From the sequence record MW598459: 64,000 nt of DNA; one strand, given 5' to 3'. Positions 62,269 through 64,000 of this stretch are shown one piece after another; the stretch's first letter is position 1; each line of letters opens with the position of its first letter. The translations under genes were made by a program, and so were the position numbers. The notes under the pieces are model-generated. The model was given only the letters and a program-made list of their open reading frames with translations. It was not told the DNA's origin and made no database searches. Source of the stretch: Escherichia phage vB_EcoM_RZ.

Positions 62269-62918
62269 AACTTACACCCTTTAACAGTCTCGATGAACAA
62301 TTTACGGGCTTCAAGAGAATCGATATTTAAGATTTTCTTATAAGCATTTAGTTTAGTTGAATACTTTTCCCAAACCAAGTCGTTAGTCTGTTCATCATGT
62401 TGGTCTATTATACCTAAAAATGAATCAAGCAAACAAAACGTTTCAAATGAAATAACATTCGATTGGAGAAGTTTGAAAATATAACTTGTATTCACTTTAG
62501 TATTATACTCGAAAATCTCTTGGAGCGATTTGACTTCGACTTTCTTACTGAAGTAATAGATGTTCTTTATATCATCTTCGTATACTTGTCTAATTCTTTT
62601 AAGTCGGCCAATGTATTCTCTATAAAATATCAGAGCATCGGCATCACTTATATCGCCTATCCATGCATCCTGGTTCGCAACCAGGTTTGACATGAATATT
62701 AACGTTAATTCTTTAAGAGTGTACTTATCGCTAAGCTTTTCGAAAAAATACTTATCGCGACGTTTTTGATAAGCACTATCGGAGATTCGCATGGTCCAGT
62801 TATATTTGATAATATCATAACGACCCGAAAAATGCTGTTTGATGGATAAGTACAGTTGGTATACTGATTTACCATTTATATATCGGTTGTTATTTGGAGG
62901 CATGCGAATCGTAATCAT
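62265..62918 (-). CDS. 59: helicase loader gp59
   Basis: 217 aa; GKSVYQLYL.IKQH..G.YD.IKYNW.MR.SD.AYQKRRDKYFF.KLS.KY.LKEL.LIF.SNLVANQDAWIGDISDADAL matches remembered T4 gp59. Confidence 0.9.
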   Translation of the reverse strand: MITIRMPPNNNRYINGKSVYQLYLSIKQHFSGRYDIIKYNWTMRISDSAYQKRRDKYFFEKLSDKYTLKELTLIFMSNLVANQDAWIGDISDADALIFYREYIGRLKRIRQVYEDDIKNIYYFSKKVEVKSLQEIFEYNTKVNTSYIFKLLQSNVISFETFCLLDSFLGIIDQHDEQTNDLVWEKYSTKLNAYKKILNIDSLEARKLFIETVKGCKF

Positions 62919-63208
62919 AACAAAAAGTCCAGCGTATTAGTTTTCTGTGTACGAGACATACTCGGGCGAAGCAAGTTATCATCATATGCTTCATTCATAA
63001 TCTTATCGACGATTCCCGCAGGGATATATCGCGCAAAATTACCTTCAGGAATTCCACGTTCTTCCAACCAGGCAGTCGCAGCTTCCAGATAAGACATTTC
63101 AGTTGTCTCGACCATGGCTTCAATATCAAGCCCGTTTTGCTGCTTACTAATCGCCCCGGAAGGCGATTCAGTTTTCTGTGTATCAAAATTAACTAAAGAG
63201 GACATCAT
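62915..63208 (-). CDS. 33: late transcription co-activator gp33
   Basis: C-terminal TEMSYLEAA...NLLRPS.S..QKTNTLDFLL gp33-like; start set to ATGATG just after SD GGAG, overlapping the end of dsbA. Confidence 0.65.
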   Translation of the reverse strand: MMSSLVNFDTQKTESPSGAISKQQNGLDIEAMVETTEMSYLEAATAWLEERGIPEGNFARYIPAGIVDKIMNEAYDDNLLRPSMSRTQKTNTLDFLL

Positions 63209-63458
63209 AGAGCTCCACAGCTTCGGTTTTTTCATCTTCAAAACGCTCACGAGTGCCTTTATGATACAGGCCGAGCTGTGTATTGAACATCTTACCGTCA
63301 ACGCCTAATTCGGTTTTTGCCTTGTCTTTAAGGTCTTTAATTTCGTCTGCATATGCTTCCATTTTTAATTTGGTATCGGAAGCAGCTTTAATCAGCTTGG
63401 CTAGTTCAGCACCATGAGTATCAGGACAAAATTCAACTTTCACTTTTTTCTCTTTCAT
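63189..63458 (-). CDS. dsbA: dsDNA-binding late transcription enhancer DsbA
   Basis: 89 aa (T4 DsbA 89 aa); immediately upstream of 33. Confidence 0.7.
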   Translation of the reverse strand: MKEKKVKVEFCPDTHGAELAKLIKAASDTKLKMEAYADEIKDLKDKAKTELGVDGKMFNTQLGLYHKGTRERFEDEKTEAVELYDVLFS

Positions 63459-63466
63459 AATATACC

Positions 63467-64000
63467 TTAATAAAATTCAGCAATATTTGCAGTTAGTTTA
63501 GACAGACCAGACTTAACAAAGTAAGGATAAACTTTACTTTTGGCTGGGATAACGTAGTTATTATATCGTTCTAATATTGAAGCGGATATTTCCGTTGGGA
63601 TAAAGTCCATATCAATCAACAATTGGTTTTCACAGAATCTATTATATTGCTCTTCTGTTAAAAGCGTTTTCAAAACGTCATGGTCGTAATAGTTGAGTGC
63701 AATTTGTTCAAGCTCAGCTGCACGGGTTGGCGGAGTACGTTCACCTTCTTCATGAGTGTAATAAAAATCACCACGAACCTTGATGCTCGACACGTTATCT
63801 TTTTTGTCGCCTTTAACAACCTTTGTCACGCAATCCATAAGGGCATCGCCTGATTTAGTTTTGACATATTTTTTCTGCATCGGGGACCATTGTTTCACCC
63901 CAGGGAATTTATGCAACTGGGTAAAGTCACCATCCGAAGAAACAACCATAACCGGATGTCCGAGACTGGTGAGCAACTTCGTTAATACTGCAATATGGTC
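63467..64000 (-). CDS. rnh: RNase H (5'-3' exonuclease), C-terminal part; N-terminus outside window
   Basis: ORF continues past the window end; position upstream of dsbA-33-59-32 as in T4 (RNase H 305 aa). Confidence 0.75.
   Translation of the reverse strand, partial: DHIAVLTKLLTSLGHPVMVVSSDGDFTQLHKFPGVKQWSPMQKKYVKTKSGDALMDCVTKVVKGDKKDNVSSIKVRGDFYYTHEEGERTPPTRAAELEQIALNYYDHDVLKTLLTEEQYNRFCENQLLIDMDFIPTEISASILERYNNYVIPAKSKVYPYFVKSGLSKLTANIAEFY

Overview
This window is a 64-kb slice of a T4-like (Tequatrovirus-type) myovirus genome, identified by reading the six-frame translations against remembered T4 protein sequences and gene order; no database search was run. Plus strand, 1-35 kb, mostly late genes: baseplate/short fibre 10-11-12, fibritin wac, neck 13-14-15, terminase 16-17, sheath 18, tube 19, portal 20, prohead core 67-68, protease 21, scaffold 22, major capsid 23, vertex 24, then uvsW and baseplate hub genes 51-27-28-29-48-54. 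Minus strand: rnlB, hoc, inh, uvsY, 25, 26, then a long early/middle array alt, DNA ligase 30, 30.x ORFs, rIII, 31, cd, pseT, spanins, alc, rnlA, denA, nrdB, nrdA, td, frd, 32, 59, 33, dsbA, rnh (3' part). Late promoters (TATAAATA), sigma70-type early promoters (GTTTACA-N17-cATAATg), MotA-box middle promoters and GC-hairpin terminators are readable throughout. No rRNA, tRNA or CRISPR array was found. Departures from the T4 layout as I remember it: four free-standing endonuclease-like ORFs at non-T4 positions or of different family (13/14, 18/19, nrdA/nrdB, 32/59), nothing at the T4 segD/segE positions, intron-less td and nrdB, a short Hoc, and a truncated alc paralogue. The most interesting unexplained loci are a 350-bp ORF-free hairpin-rich island next to rIII, an antisense early gene between genes 23 and 24, and promoters whose -10 hexamers sit inside perfect inverted repeats. 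None of these is proven to be a new system; each needs the checks listed.
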